A program made the translations under genes and the position numbers. A DNA stretch of 59,294 bases from Fibrobacterales bacterium (GTDB lineage Bacteria; Fibrobacterota; Fibrobacteria; Fibrobacterales; JAOPTW01): assembly GCA_051532055.1 (NCBI GenBank), contig JAOPTX010000031.1, forward strand, positions 1 through 59,294, written 5' to 3'. Below are positions 39,859-49,196 of this stretch, one piece after another. The notes beneath the pieces are model-generated. The model was not told where the DNA came from and did no database searches. It worked only from the letters and a program-made list of their open reading frames with translations. Numbering within the stretch: position 1 is the stretch's first letter; each line of letters begins with the position of its first letter.

Positions 39859-41651
39859 TTAACTAAACTATCTGTTAACTTACCTAAAACCACATTATTT
39901 AATGAAATTGAATGTCGCAAAGCATCACAGACTTTCCGAAGTTCATCTACCCTAGCCACTATTCTTTTTTGTTCAGCAAGCGGTGGGACGAGATAATCTA
40001 TATCCCTTATTGTACCCATCGAAATACTAGGTTGCGCAGTTGCTTTTAGATGCTTGAAAATTTCTTTACTACCAATTGAAGATGCCAAGAAATAATTAAA
40101 ATATTGCAAACACAGTAGTGAATCACAATTCTCAAATAATTCCATTTTTGCCACATTTGGTGCTAAATGCCACCGCTCCTTTTTACTGAACAACGCAACA
40201 TCTCCAATACCCGCTCCAATAAAGGTTACTAGAAGTGCTTCCTTTGAAAGTGCGCATCTTTCGAGCAAAAGTGATGTTTCAAGATCAATATATTTTAGAT
40301 TATCTAATTTCAACCTCATGCGCTTAACGTTTTGCGCCCTAATAACTGCTACGTCTCCTGAGTCTCCAAGTTTTATATGTTGAGTATATTCAAAACCCGC
40401 AAGTTTTGTAATAAAAAATATTTCAGAACCTTTAACGCATGACCAGCTAGTTGGAAATTTACTAAAAGAAATAAGTGTCTTAGAATCACTAATTAACTGC
40501 CCTTTTTTTAACTTCTTCCCTTCAATCAACCGATCTTTCTCAGTAGCAATCGTCTCCAACAACACCGAAGCAGGTTCATCATTTGGATCTTGCGGAACCA
40601 ATTTTCCCATTACTGCAAGTTGCAGGATTGTCTCTTCAAGTGAATCAATATTTTTTTCTGTTGTGAACAAGGTATCGAAATGATCGGCGATGCGAATCCA
40701 ATTCTGGTTCAGTTCTTCTGAGTTTTGACTATTTGCGAGAGTATTTAAGAGTGTTTCTACAAGAAGTTGATGCGCTTCCAAACTTTTTTCAGTTTGCGCT
40801 TCGAGTTCGTCGCATAAAATCATCAGTTCATTTACTTTGGCTACTATTCGTACTTGTTCAAATTTAGGTGGCACTGGTATTGGAAGATTCGACACTGAGC
40901 TTGTATTTAATTCCACCTGGTTTGTACTTCCAGAGACAAGGGAGTTAGGGTGGTTAGGGTCAATTCTAGATTGCACAAGAGCAGATGAGCAAAATATTTT
41001 GACATACTGTGGAATTACTTGCGGACATCTTACAACAGTTACATGAGAGTCTGCTACTAATTTATCTAACAAATCATCAGGTAACACCACTACTCTACCA
41101 ACTGTACCATTACCTGTTGAATTCCATAACATGTCATTTTTCAGTAAATACCTTTCTTCTTGGTAAACCTCTAAACTAGAATCATCAACATAACGAGCTT
41201 TATCAATATCGAAACTACTCCACTGAACACATTTCTGTGAAACTACTTTTACATTTCCTTCCTCAGAATATTTAGGCCCTTTGCCACGTTGTATATAATT
41301 AGAAATGTCTTGTAAGCGACACCATGCCCAGCCATCAAGGACTTCAAATAGTGTTTCTTCATTTGAAATTGGCTGTAACGGTTTAATTTTTTTAATTTGA
41401 CCTGTTTCAACCAAACGTTCTTTTTCAGCGGTTATTTTTTCTAATAATACTGAAGCTGGCTCATCATTAAGGTCCTGGGAAACTAATTTTCCTTGGACTG
41501 CCAAATCAAGAATCAACTCCCTAAGTTTCTTAACCCCATATAGTTCAACCTTCTTCGAACTACCACGACCAATAGTAGCCTTACTCTTAAGTGTAGAAGT
41601 CCACAAATCAAGATGTTCAGTGATTAAGTGATTTATATCGACACCACTCAT
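39855..41651 (-). CDS. hsdS: Type I RM specificity subunit
   Basis: Two TRDs with repeated LAVxGKLVxQDxNDEPASVLLE and PPxxEQxRIVAxVxEL conserved regions. ATGA overlaps on both sides. Confidence 0.95.
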   Translation of the reverse strand: MSGVDINHLITEHLDLWTSTLKSKATIGRGSSKKVELYGVKKLRELILDLAVQGKLVSQDLNDEPASVLLEKITAEKERLVETGQIKKIKPLQPISNEETLFEVLDGWAWCRLQDISNYIQRGKGPKYSEEGNVKVVSQKCVQWSSFDIDKARYVDDSSLEVYQEERYLLKNDMLWNSTGNGTVGRVVVLPDDLLDKLVADSHVTVVRCPQVIPQYVKIFCSSALVQSRIDPNHPNSLVSGSTNQVELNTSSVSNLPIPVPPKFEQVRIVAKVNELMILCDELEAQTEKSLEAHQLLVETLLNTLANSQNSEELNQNWIRIADHFDTLFTTEKNIDSLEETILQLAVMGKLVPQDPNDEPASVLLETIATEKDRLIEGKKLKKGQLISDSKTLISFSKFPTSWSCVKGSEIFFITKLAGFEYTQHIKLGDSGDVAVIRAQNVKRMRLKLDNLKYIDLETSLLLERCALSKEALLVTFIGAGIGDVALFSKKERWHLAPNVAKMELFENCDSLLCLQYFNYFLASSIGSKEIFKHLKATAQPSISMGTIRDIDYLVPPLAEQKRIVARVDELRKVCDALRHSISLNNVVLGKLTDSLVK

Positions 41652-43132
41652 TTACCACCACCTAACGCTTCTGAAAGAATTGATTTAAGCTGATCGCGAA
41701 GACCTTGAATCTCACCTTGTTGCTTATCATACTCAGCCAACAACACATCGGGATCATGCACCACTTGTTTTTCAATATGCGGATTCTTAATATCCAAATC
41801 AAAATTTCTATCAATTACCTCTTGAACAGGAACAAGCCATGCCTGCTCATTAGCAACACGATTCTTACGTTTTGATTTCTGTTTACGAGTCTTACCTTCA
41901 CCCCACCAATCCATACAGTCACTAAAATCTTCTAGCTTCATTGGTTTGGTTTTATTAAAAGCCTTTACCCCTTCTGGGAGTGACACTTCATAATACCATA
42001 TCTCTTTTGTGGGTGTGCTTTTTTCAAAAAATAAAATATTGGTTGCAATAGATGTATACGGTGCAAAAACAGAATTAGGTAACCGTACAATAGTATGTAA
42101 ATCACACTCTTCTACTAACAACTTCTTAATCTTCGCTTTTACCCCATCACCAAATAGAGTACCATCAGGTAACACAACCGCAGCTCTCCCCTTTTTATTG
42201 AGAACTTCAATTATGAGCTGTAAAAATAAATCCGCTGTTTCTCGGGTGCGAGTTTCACTAGGAAAGTTCTTCTCAATCCCATCTTCTTCCATACCACCAA
42301 AAGGAGGATTGGTCACAATTACATCTACATATTCATCTTCATCCCAGCTAGAAAGCGGTTTACTCAATGTATTACGATGTTGAATCTGTGAAGGGACCTC
42401 TATACCATGTAATAACATATTGGTAGTGCACAGTAAATGAGGGAGTTGTTTCTTTTCTACACCATGAATCTGTTTCTGAAGAGTCTGATGATCCTCTACA
42501 CTTTTTACCGAATTACTTTTCACATGATCAAATGAACACGCCAAGAAGCCACCTGTTCCACAAGCTGGGTCTAAAATAGACTCACCCAATTGAGGGTTAA
42601 TCATTTCTACAATGAATCGAGTTACCGCACGAGGTGTATAAAACTCTCCTGCATTACCCGCAGATTGAAGGTCTTTAAGTATCTGCTCATATATATCACC
42701 GAACATATGACGCTCATCGGAGTTAGAAAAATCTATTTCATTGAGCTTATTGATCACCTGACGGAGTAGTGTACCATTTTTCATGTAGTTAAACGCATCA
42801 GCAAATGCTTCACGTACAACATGGCCACGAGGATTTGTTTTAATAGGTGCAGAATATACTTTCAGATCGTCTATTAGTTTAGTAACAAATTCTAGAAGTT
42901 CTTTGCCAGTAATCCCCTCTGGGTCTTCTGCCCAATCTCTCCACAAATACTTTTTAGGTATTGGCCTTTTATAACGAGACCCTTGTTCAAACTCTAGTTC
43001 ATATTCTTGGGTATCAAATATTTTGAGGAATAATAACCAAGACATCTGACCAAGACGTTGAGCATCACCATCAACACCGGCATCTTTTCGCATAATATCT
43101 TGAATCGATTTAATCACATTAGAGATAGACAT
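41648..43132 (-). CDS. hsdM: Type I RM N6-adenine methyltransferase
   Basis: GEFYTPR, DPACGTGGFL and NPPFGG motifs. Confidence 0.97.
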   Translation of the reverse strand: MSISNVIKSIQDIMRKDAGVDGDAQRLGQMSWLLFLKIFDTQEYELEFEQGSRYKRPIPKKYLWRDWAEDPEGITGKELLEFVTKLIDDLKVYSAPIKTNPRGHVVREAFADAFNYMKNGTLLRQVINKLNEIDFSNSDERHMFGDIYEQILKDLQSAGNAGEFYTPRAVTRFIVEMINPQLGESILDPACGTGGFLACSFDHVKSNSVKSVEDHQTLQKQIHGVEKKQLPHLLCTTNMLLHGIEVPSQIQHRNTLSKPLSSWDEDEYVDVIVTNPPFGGMEEDGIEKNFPSETRTRETADLFLQLIIEVLNKKGRAAVVLPDGTLFGDGVKAKIKKLLVEECDLHTIVRLPNSVFAPYTSIATNILFFEKSTPTKEIWYYEVSLPEGVKAFNKTKPMKLEDFSDCMDWWGEGKTRKQKSKRKNRVANEQAWLVPVQEVIDRNFDLDIKNPHIEKQVVHDPDVLLAEYDKQQGEIQGLRDQLKSILSEALGGGK

Positions 43133-43162
43133 AGTTTACTTCACTTTTATATTTTAAATTCG

Positions 43163-45568
43163 TTAAGCCGATTGTTGGTCTGAGCGATACAATTCATTTT
43201 CTAATTCATTTAGAGCAATAAAATACTCTTCTCGGCCGCCAAAAGCTCTACGGGCTATTTCAGCAGGTTTACCGAGTTCATTAAACGGCTGTACTTTTAA
43301 TACATTAATATTTTCAATTTCACTTACACCTGCATCGGCATACTTCTCCAGAAGTGCATTCAGGACAGCTTGTGCTGTTTCCGAATACTTAGAGAAATAG
43401 TTCCGCTTTTTGACATTTTCGACACGCTCTTTACGAGTTAAAGGCGGTTGATCATATACCACGTGACATATCATATCAAATGGATCGAGATCTTTACCAA
43501 CATCTTCTTCAAGTGCTGGCCAAATCACCCCATGGACAGCAAGCTCTTCTATTACAACTTCTTTCTTCTGAGCATCGTTCCAATGCTTTACGAACTCATC
43601 CATAGTCTTGTAATAGCCTTGTACTGTTTTTTTGGTGTAATCAGTGAAGGACTCAGTAACAAGCTTTCCATCTGAATCATAATACTGCACACGTTCAGCA
43701 ACCTTGCTCACGACACCACCAGAAACATGATACTTAATTCGTCTAGTTCCCTCAACACCTTCAATTTCACCATCAGGAAAACCTTCTGTTATTACTTCAG
43801 GATCAGTTTCAGTTTGACCCCCGCCTTCACCTTGTGGATCTACGCTCTCCGGATCATCTTCAGTACCTTCACCATTTTCAACACCAGTTGGAGTAGTATC
43901 AATTACCTTTGTTGGCATTCCATCAAATCTCTCATCAGCAAAAAGTTCTGTAGCCTTTTTAAAGTCGAGAATAGTAAACCAGAGTTTTCCATAGCGATCA
44001 TCAATCCGTGTACCACGTCCAATAACTTGTTTAAACTTGGTCATGCTCGCGATAGTTGAATCAAGCACAACCAGTTTACAGGTTTTAGCATCCACTCCTG
44101 TAGTCATAAGTTCAGAGGTAGTAGCAATCACTGGGTACGGCTTTTTGGGATTAATAAACGAATCCAACTGAGCTTTTCCAATTTCATCATCCCCAGTAAT
44201 TTTCATGATGAATTTATTGTTCTCGTCAAATTTTTCACGATTCAGGTTTATAAGTGCGGTACGCATACGATCAGCGTGATCAATATCATTACAAAACACA
44301 ATTGTTTTACCCATAGGGTCAGTTTTCTTCATATAGTCGGTTATAGTTTGCGCGACCAACATTGTCCGTTTATCCATAACCATGTTACGGTCAAAATCTT
44401 TTTGATTGTAAATACGATCCTCTATTACCTCACCATTCAAATCAATCTGCCCATTGACTGGGCGCCAACCTTGCAGATCGACATCAATATCAACTCGTAC
44501 TACTTTGTATGGTGCTAAGAACCCATCTTCAATTCCCTCTTTTAGAGAGTAAGTATATGTGGGGTCACCAAAATATTCAGCATTTGAAACAGTATCAGTC
44601 TCTTTAGGGGTTGCCGTTAAGCCAATCTGTGTAGCAGAGTCAAAGTAAGTGAGAATCTCCCTCCATGCGGAATCCTCTGCCGCACTTCCTCTATGACATT
44701 CGTCAATCACAATTAAATCGAAAAAATCAGGACTAACCTCTTTATAAGCTTTTTGAGATTCATCAGGGCCAGTTAAGGCTTGATAGAGACCCAATTGTAT
44801 TTCATAACTCGGATCTATCTTTCTCCCAACAATCTTGGTCATGGCCGTACCAAAAGGTGCAAAGTCATTATTTCGGGCCTGATCCACCAATACATTCCGG
44901 TCAGCCAAAAACAATATTCGTTTTTTCTTACGTGAATTCCATAGTCGCCAGATGATTTGAAAGGCAGTATAGGTCTTACCCGTTCCTGTTGCCATAACGA
45001 GTAATACTCGATCATCTCCACGTGAAATAGCTTCAATAGTTTTATTAATAGCTTGTAACTGATAATAACGAGGAGTTTTATCAGTACCATCATCATGGTA
45101 AGGCTCAGTAATTATCGGCAGTTGGGCTTCTGTATACCCTTTATAACTACAATACTTTTGCCAAAGCTCTTCTGGACTCGGGAATTCCGATAAACCGATA
45201 GTTTTTATTAACTCATCTGGGTTGGTTTTATCGTGAAACAGAAACCCATCACCATTAGAACTAAAAATAAATGGCACATCTAACAACCGAGCATAGTCTT
45301 CTGCCTGCTGCATTCCTTTACCAACAGAATGTTTATTGGCCTTAGCTTCAATCACCGCCAATGGAATATTTGGTTTATGATAGAGTACAATATCTGCGGC
45401 TTTGACAGTTTGTCGCATCCCCATTTGACCACGGACAATAACTTTACCATCCCGGAGCTTAACTTCCTGCATGATCTGAGTCATTATATCCCAACCTGCA
45501 TCTTCTATTGCTGGCAAAAGATACTTGGAAATTATATCTGCTTCTGTTAGGTCTTTTTTATTAATCAT
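43163..45568 (-). CDS. hsdR: Type I RM restriction subunit (EcoAI/EcoEI-like)
   Basis: ADIVL...IEAK nuclease motif, [26 protein letters not shown] and an EcoEI_R_C-like tail. Confidence 0.96.
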   Translation of the reverse strand: MINKKDLTEADIISKYLLPAIEDAGWDIMTQIMQEVKLRDGKVIVRGQMGMRQTVKAADIVLYHKPNIPLAVIEAKANKHSVGKGMQQAEDYARLLDVPFIFSSNGDGFLFHDKTNPDELIKTIGLSEFPSPEELWQKYCSYKGYTEAQLPIITEPYHDDGTDKTPRYYQLQAINKTIEAISRGDDRVLLVMATGTGKTYTAFQIIWRLWNSRKKKRILFLADRNVLVDQARNNDFAPFGTAMTKIVGRKIDPSYEIQLGLYQALTGPDESQKAYKEVSPDFFDLIVIDECHRGSAAEDSAWREILTYFDSATQIGLTATPKETDTVSNAEYFGDPTYTYSLKEGIEDGFLAPYKVVRVDIDVDLQGWRPVNGQIDLNGEVIEDRIYNQKDFDRNMVMDKRTMLVAQTITDYMKKTDPMGKTIVFCNDIDHADRMRTALINLNREKFDENNKFIMKITGDDEIGKAQLDSFINPKKPYPVIATTSELMTTGVDAKTCKLVVLDSTIASMTKFKQVIGRGTRIDDRYGKLWFTILDFKKATELFADERFDGMPTKVIDTTPTGVENGEGTEDDPESVDPQGEGGGQTETDPEVITEGFPDGEIEGVEGTRRIKYHVSGGVVSKVAERVQYYDSDGKLVTESFTDYTKKTVQGYYKTMDEFVKHWNDAQKKEVVIEELAVHGVIWPALEEDVGKDLDPFDMICHVVYDQPPLTRKERVENVKKRNYFSKYSETAQAVLNALLEKYADAGVSEIENINVLKVQPFNELGKPAEIARRAFGGREEYFIALNELENELYRSDQQSA

Positions 45569-45684
45569 ATGTTGTTCCAGGTTTGTTGCCTAGGTGCTAG
45601 AATCTGCTAGGAAAACACAAGTCTTCTAATGATTTCAATGTAGTATTTTTGCCGTTTTTTGGCTGTAATAGGCTTATAACGTAG

Positions 45685-46239
45685 TTATGATTTTGGCATC
45701 GAAATCAATTCATTAACCTCTTTTCTAAGTTCCTCTACAGTACCTTTAATTGTTTCAAATAACTTATTTGCTGCATCTTTACTATCATAAGTGACCAAAT
45801 CACGTTTTATTGCCTTGTCCCACTCAAAGGTAAATTTACCGTCAGAACAAGTCAAAATTGCCCCTCGAATATTTTCTAATGAGGTATCTGAAAGAAAAAC
45901 TTGAAATTCTGCTAAAAACTCTTCCAACTCAGAATGATACTTTGAGAATGAATGAGCAATATCCTCTAAAACATCTTCCCATTCCATGTGTTCAAATACT
46001 TTTTCAGGAACCATTTTCTGATATATCACATATAATTTTTTAGCTGCATTTAGCTTATATTCGAAAACAGTTTCTGAATTCTTGAGTAAGAATTTATGGT
46101 TTTCTAACTGTTTCTTATATACAGTTGTAATCGTTTCTTTTATTGCTGTTGATAAAAATGTTTTGATAACGAAGGACATTGATACCCCACTAAGGCCAGC
46201 AGCACCTAATATTGCCATAATTATTTCAGCATTACTCAT
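45685..46239 (-). CDS. Hypothetical protein with N-terminal TM anchor and helical body
   Basis: IIMAILGAAGLSGVSMSFVI, with an ATGA overlap to the upstream gene. Confidence 0.7.
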   Translation of the reverse strand: MSNAEIIMAILGAAGLSGVSMSFVIKTFLSTAIKETITTVYKKQLENHKFLLKNSETVFEYKLNAAKKLYVIYQKMVPEKVFEHMEWEDVLEDIAHSFSKYHSELEEFLAEFQVFLSDTSLENIRGAILTCSDGKFTFEWDKAIKRDLVTYDSKDAANKLFETIKGTVEELRKEVNELISMPKS

Positions 46240-46788
46240 ATCACCCCTCCTAAATCTATCTCTAACATCCTTGAATCAGATGCTATTAAGTCATACCTTT
46301 CAAAGAAAGCCTTCCATTTGCTTGAGTTAGCATTAAAACTATTCCCCCATTTTTCACATGCGTCACCAATAATTTTTATTAGATCATCTAAGTGATAAAA
46401 TCCCATGATAGCAGGTTGTTCTTTCAATTCCACCCTTGTAGTACCATGGTACATTATTAACCGCCTTATTTTTCCTGTCTTAACTTTCCGGGCATCTAAA
46501 TTACTCATATGTAGCAGAGAATTTCTATGCTCCCAAAGTTCTAAGCTAGTAATAGACTGAGAACTTAGGTCCGAAAATTCGTCCAACCATTTTATAAAAA
46601 CATTTACTTTTGTATCACCATACTCTAAGTACGCCATTGAATCTATACCCACTAAGAGAAGCTTTACCGCAGAAACATAGTGTTTTTGATTATATAATAT
46701 CCTCACTGGTTGAAAAAAATCATCATTTAATAGACCTGTAAAATCAAAGCCTTCCTTTTTAAAATATTTTTTTTAAAAAGTCTTCCAT
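46236..46788 (-). pseudogene. HEPN-like protein (RxxxxH) with a +1 frameshift in an A8 tract; the GTG-started 156-aa ORF is the downstream part
   Basis: LWEHRNSLLH motif. ATG at 46788 gives MEDFLKK, and removing one A from 46767-46774 continues in frame as YFKKEGFDFTGLLNDDFFQPVRILY. Confidence 0.6.
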
Positions 46789-46802
46789 TATTCGTCTCTA
46801 TT

Positions 46803-47245
46803 TTAACAATTTATTAACCCATCATCACACCAACTCCTCCCAGATTCCAACCCAGAAAGATCAACACACCTCACCCTAACTCTCACCCCACTATCCACAA
46901 CCTCAAACTCAGGCAACACACCATCAACCCCACCATGCAACGGATAGAGTAACGTAATATCCCCACACCCATACCGCTGAGCATAAGCAACCATCTGATA
47001 CATATCAGCCTGAGAAACCCCATACTTCGTACCAGACCCATCAAGAACCTTCCACTTGGTATCAATAATCTGCACCAACCGATCACCATCCCACACCGTG
47101 ATATCCGGCATCATCCGAAAACACTCACTCCCCGATACCGACTCAGTAGCCAAATAGCACCGAGGACCTTGTGTCCGAACCACCAAACCACGCTGAGACG
47201 CAATATACGCGAAAGCCGAGAGGCAACAAACTCCTCAAAGTGCAG
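46803..47245 (-). pseudogene. mcrC: McrC-family C-terminal remnant
   Basis: FEEFVA (frameshifted)...MPDITV...IIDTKWK...SQADMYQMVAYAQRY...LLYP. The N-terminal two thirds and mcrB are absent. Confidence 0.75.
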
Positions 47246-47423
47246 GAGAGGGGGGAATTATTCTGCTATATTTAGACTGGTTCAAAGCTGTACGAACAAG
47301 GGCAGCGAGAGACCAAATATATACAGAGGGATTATTTGTGTTTGTTGGCATACTTTTTTTATTAAAAAGGCTAATTTAGGGTTAATTAAACCCACTATTT
47401 ATGGATCCAATGTTTTTTTCATG

Positions 47424-48152
47424 TTACTTCTCTCCAAAATGCATCCTCTTATGACAATTTGGGCAAAGAGCTTGTGCATTATCTATTAAATCTAGCCCTC
47501 CTTTAGACAAGGGAATAACATGGTGTACTTCCAGGTACGGTTCACCAGTAGATCTTCTTTTAAAAGGAGCTTTCTGATCACACTCTTCGCATATACCACT
47601 AGCTCTCGAAAGAACCTCTGCAACAACATCTGCATTTCTTTTTTGAGTTTTAATTATTGAAATTTTTGTTTCAGATTCGCCAGAATGTTTTTTTAACCTT
47701 TCTTGTCTATTAGAAAATGAATCTTTTGATGCTTCTTGTACATTATTCTCAAATTCAATAAGACGATCTTCAAGCATCTCATAACCAATAACTTCGCGTT
47801 CATGTTTTTTTATTAATTCCGTAAACTTTGGCAAACCTGAATCTACCACATCCTTATAATAATTAACATGCAGTTTAACCGCTTCTAATGCAATTATTTT
47901 CTTTAACACGCCAAAGTCATTTCTTATTGACTCTAAATAGAAATCGGTTGCATACAAATTAATGTTTCTTGTATATTTTTTTCCTTCAATCATATACAGA
48001 AAATTTTGTATATAAATTTGAGCACTTGATGAATTCATGTCATGCTCATTTGAAAGGGACTTCACTGCATCTTTAGCTGATAATTTATTTTGAAAAACAC
48101 ATTTCCCTAGCTCATATGCTTTATGTATTTGCTCTTTCGTAATTTCTGGCAT
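47424..48152 (-). CDS. McrA-like HNH endonuclease
   Basis: Likely start MPEITK at 48152 (RBS AAGGA). CEEC...APF...PYLEVHHVIPLSKGGLD...NAQALCPNCH. Confidence 0.88.
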   Translation of the reverse strand: MPEITKEQIHKAYELGKCVFQNKLSAKDAVKSLSNEHDMNSSSAQIYIQNFLYMIEGKKYTRNINLYATDFYLESIRNDFGVLKKIIALEAVKLHVNYYKDVVDSGLPKFTELIKKHEREVIGYEMLEDRLIEFENNVQEASKDSFSNRQERLKKHSGESETKISIIKTQKRNADVVAEVLSRASGICEECDQKAPFKRRSTGEPYLEVHHVIPLSKGGLDLIDNAQALCPNCHKRMHFGEK

Positions 48153-48160
48153 ATATTTCC

Positions 48161-49162
48161 TTATTCTTGATTCAAAAATCTCTCTGCCAGTTCCCAAAGT
48201 GCGACCCCATCGGAATTCACCCAATGTGCCGTGCCGTTAACCCCACCTGGATCTTTTTTCTCAGGGTGCTGATCTTTAAAAATCTTCCATGATAACCGCG
48301 AAATTGAATATTCGTTTCCATCGTTCTCCCAAATGATAGAATCGCTTTGACCAGATTTTCCGGTTATTTTTGCCATAAAAATAGGGTCATTATCCTTAAA
48401 TGTTACATGTTTTGGCAATACACTTTTAAGTAGAATATCATCTCCCTCTTTAATGAGATCATTTTCTAATAGAATTTTCAAAGTTCTCTTTCTCGGTGAC
48501 CGACTTATACGCCCTCTACTTTCTTCTTTTTGTTTAACTTCTACCAAGTACTGTTCAGCCTCTTCTAATGGTATAAGTACTTTGGGAACAATAATTATTC
48601 TATCGTCCAATTTATAGGGAGTCACTTTAACACAACTAATATCAATATCGCTTTCCCTTAGCCATAGTACTGTAGCGGTGAGTTCTTTAGAAAATCCTTC
48701 GGAACATAATATGATACGAGGTTTATTAGTAAATTCGACGAAACTTTCTGAATCGACAAAATCAATTATTTGTTCTCTTGCGTCCTCCCCTACTATTATT
48801 GTGTCATTGTACTTTTTCTGATACGCAACATAGTAAGGAACTACAACATCAATTGTCATAGACGAAACCATTGCTGCATAACGAATTGCTTGTAAGTCGG
48901 CATAACCAGCAAAGGAATCCCTTTTAAGTTCAATTACAACTAAATTACCACTTTGATCGACTGCTAATATATCTAGCCGATCATTACTTGTTTTAAATCT
49001 ATCGAATTCAATTGAAAGTACTAATAAATTTTCCCCCAACATTTCTGGATTACTTCTTACCCACTCTTCAATATGTGTTCTTTCCCAAATATTAAGATCT
49101 ACAAATTTACCTTCATCAACCTTTGTAGCAGTTTCTAGACCCTTATCCACTGAAAATATCAT
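48161..49162 (-). CDS. NucS/DUF91-like PD-(D/E)XK endonuclease with C-terminal RAMA-like domain
   Basis: ERTHIEEW...RLDILAVD...VIELKR...QAIRY. The C-terminus LLENDLIKEGD...AKIT...YSISRLS...NGTAHW...LWEL fits the RAMA pattern. Confidence 0.75.
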   Translation of the reverse strand: MIFSVDKGLETATKVDEGKFVDLNIWERTHIEEWVRSNPEMLGENLLVLSIEFDRFKTSNDRLDILAVDQSGNLVVIELKRDSFAGYADLQAIRYAAMVSSMTIDVVVPYYVAYQKKYNDTIIVGEDAREQIIDFVDSESFVEFTNKPRIILCSEGFSKELTATVLWLRESDIDISCVKVTPYKLDDRIIIVPKVLIPLEEAEQYLVEVKQKEESRGRISRSPRKRTLKILLENDLIKEGDDILLKSVLPKHVTFKDNDPIFMAKITGKSGQSDSIIWENDGNEYSISRLSWKIFKDQHPEKKDPGGVNGTAHWVNSDGVALWELAERFLNQE

Positions 49163-49196
49163 TAACTCTATCCTTTACCATTATTTATTAATCGCC

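Noticed and set aside
47424..48152. HNH gene as zorE (type II Zorya)
   Set aside because: The operon already has zorC and zorD, and the HNH motif context is McrA-like.
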